A stretch of DNA of 63,919 nucleotides, the filler included, from Collodictyon triciliatum (taxonomy: Eukaryota): assembly GCA_043381765.1 (NCBI GenBank). It is 15 parts of 15 records of this genome, joined end to end, with 100 filler letters (N's around TTAATTAATTAA, not from the genome) between each part and the next. Parts side by side here need not be neighbours in the genome. Positions count along the whole stretch, not along the records: positions 59,763 to 63,919 come from JBHJMP010006439.1; 14 more parts are not named here. One strand, written 5' to 3'. The notes below the pieces were generated by a model. It saw nothing but the letters and a program-made list of their open reading frames with translations. It searched no databases and had not been told where the DNA came from. Positions within the stretch are counted from its first letter, which is position 1. Each line of letters opens with the position of its first letter. This document shows, piece by piece, positions 63,001 to 63,919 of the stretch. Position numbers and translations under genes: made by a program.

Positions 63001-63742
63001 TTAGAGACGTACCAAAGTATAAAGAACAATAAACAATAAACAATAAACAATAAACAATAAACAATAAACAATAAACAATAAACAATAAACAATAAACAAT
63101 AAACAATAAACAATGAACAATGAACAATGAACAATGAACAATGAACAATGAACAATGAACAATGAACAATGAACAATCAATAAGTAATAGCAAAACCATC
63201 TCCGTATTGTTTATCCATGACTTGGCTTATCTCAGCTAGTAACCGGGCAGCAGGATTTTTAATTTGCTGGGTAAATAGATCATGATACTAAATACTTGAA
63301 TCGACATTGCAATTCAATTTTTTTAATACCTAGTAAAATCCAGAGAACTTTCATAGCATGGGTAGTTAAATGTTCAAGTCAATGTTAAAACCATTCTTGC
63401 AGCAGCTGTCGCGCCATCATTTGTGACCAGATATGTTCCTGCAATGCGATGAAGACTTATCAAGTGTGATTATTCGTGAATGATGATACCACAATACACA
63501 TTTGTCATGTGATTTGTATTGTTAATATCATACACGACTAAAAGGCTCTTATTAATAAAGCATATAAAAATACAGCTTCTCAACAATAGGATGATTTCTT
63601 TATAATGAACTATAATTAGACTACAAACTGGTACCGATGAAATAATGCCACTAACCATCAAAATCAACAATCATTTTCTCTAGACTTCGTGGGCCTAGAA
63701 GAGGAGCAAGCGTACTTGATAGGCTAGCGCAAGCCCGAATAT
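60040..63742 (-). CDS. Divergent group II chaperonin (CCT/TCP-1-like, possibly BBS-type); partial
   Basis: Spliced exons IRACASLSSTLAPLLGPRSLEKMIVDFD|GTYLVTNDGATAA, NPAARLLAEISQVMDKQYGD|GTTSVIILASS, ITGDSPESSLLVDGLLF, FRAPSATILAEIRRSLIDAVCV, IAGGGAVESMIA. Confidence 0.8.
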
Positions 63743-63919
63743 CTTGATATATGAATGTATGATGCCGTCATTTGAAATGATATGCGTCTTATTGTTGATC
63801 TACACCTGTACAGTATATGGGAGAATAAAAAGAGAATAAAAAGAGAATAAAAAGAGAATAAAAAGAGAATAAAAAGAGAATAAAAAGAGAATAAAAAGAG
63901 AATAAAAAGAGAATAAAAA

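Overview
This window is not one locus. It is 15 unrelated eukaryotic contigs of about 4.2 kb, joined by 14 artificial 100-nt spacers (N44-TTAATTAATTAA-N44, a six-frame stop linker). Most contigs break at microsatellites or homopolymers. The genome is intron-rich, uses the standard code and is probably from a flagellated protist (taxon not determinable). Host genes read after manual splicing: HAD pseudouridine-5'-phosphatase, ADCY10-type adenylate cyclase, GH47 mannosidase, an axonemal-dynein-light-chain-domain protein, a secreted GH13 alpha-amylase, NUP35, PEX11, an RPAIN-like protein, NADPH-cytochrome P450 reductase, thiolase, a SCAB/AIR9-like Ig protein, RPA49, a divergent group II chaperonin and three LRR-only paralogues. 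Mobile DNA: LINE RT, endonuclease and ORF1-like fragments, a decayed Helitron helicase and a decayed Fanzor (eukaryotic TnpB). Two signals stand out. (1) A spliced, intron-containing gene at 32507-33695 (-) whose exons rebuild a segment resembling the C-terminus of bacterial/phage N6-adenine methyltransferase (type IIG restriction-modification-like) proteins. (2) The Fanzor keeps its RuvC D/E/D residues and zinc finger, is followed by a two-hairpin/pseudoknot omegaRNA candidate, and lies between LINE fragments. All family assignments come from motif recognition; no database search was run.
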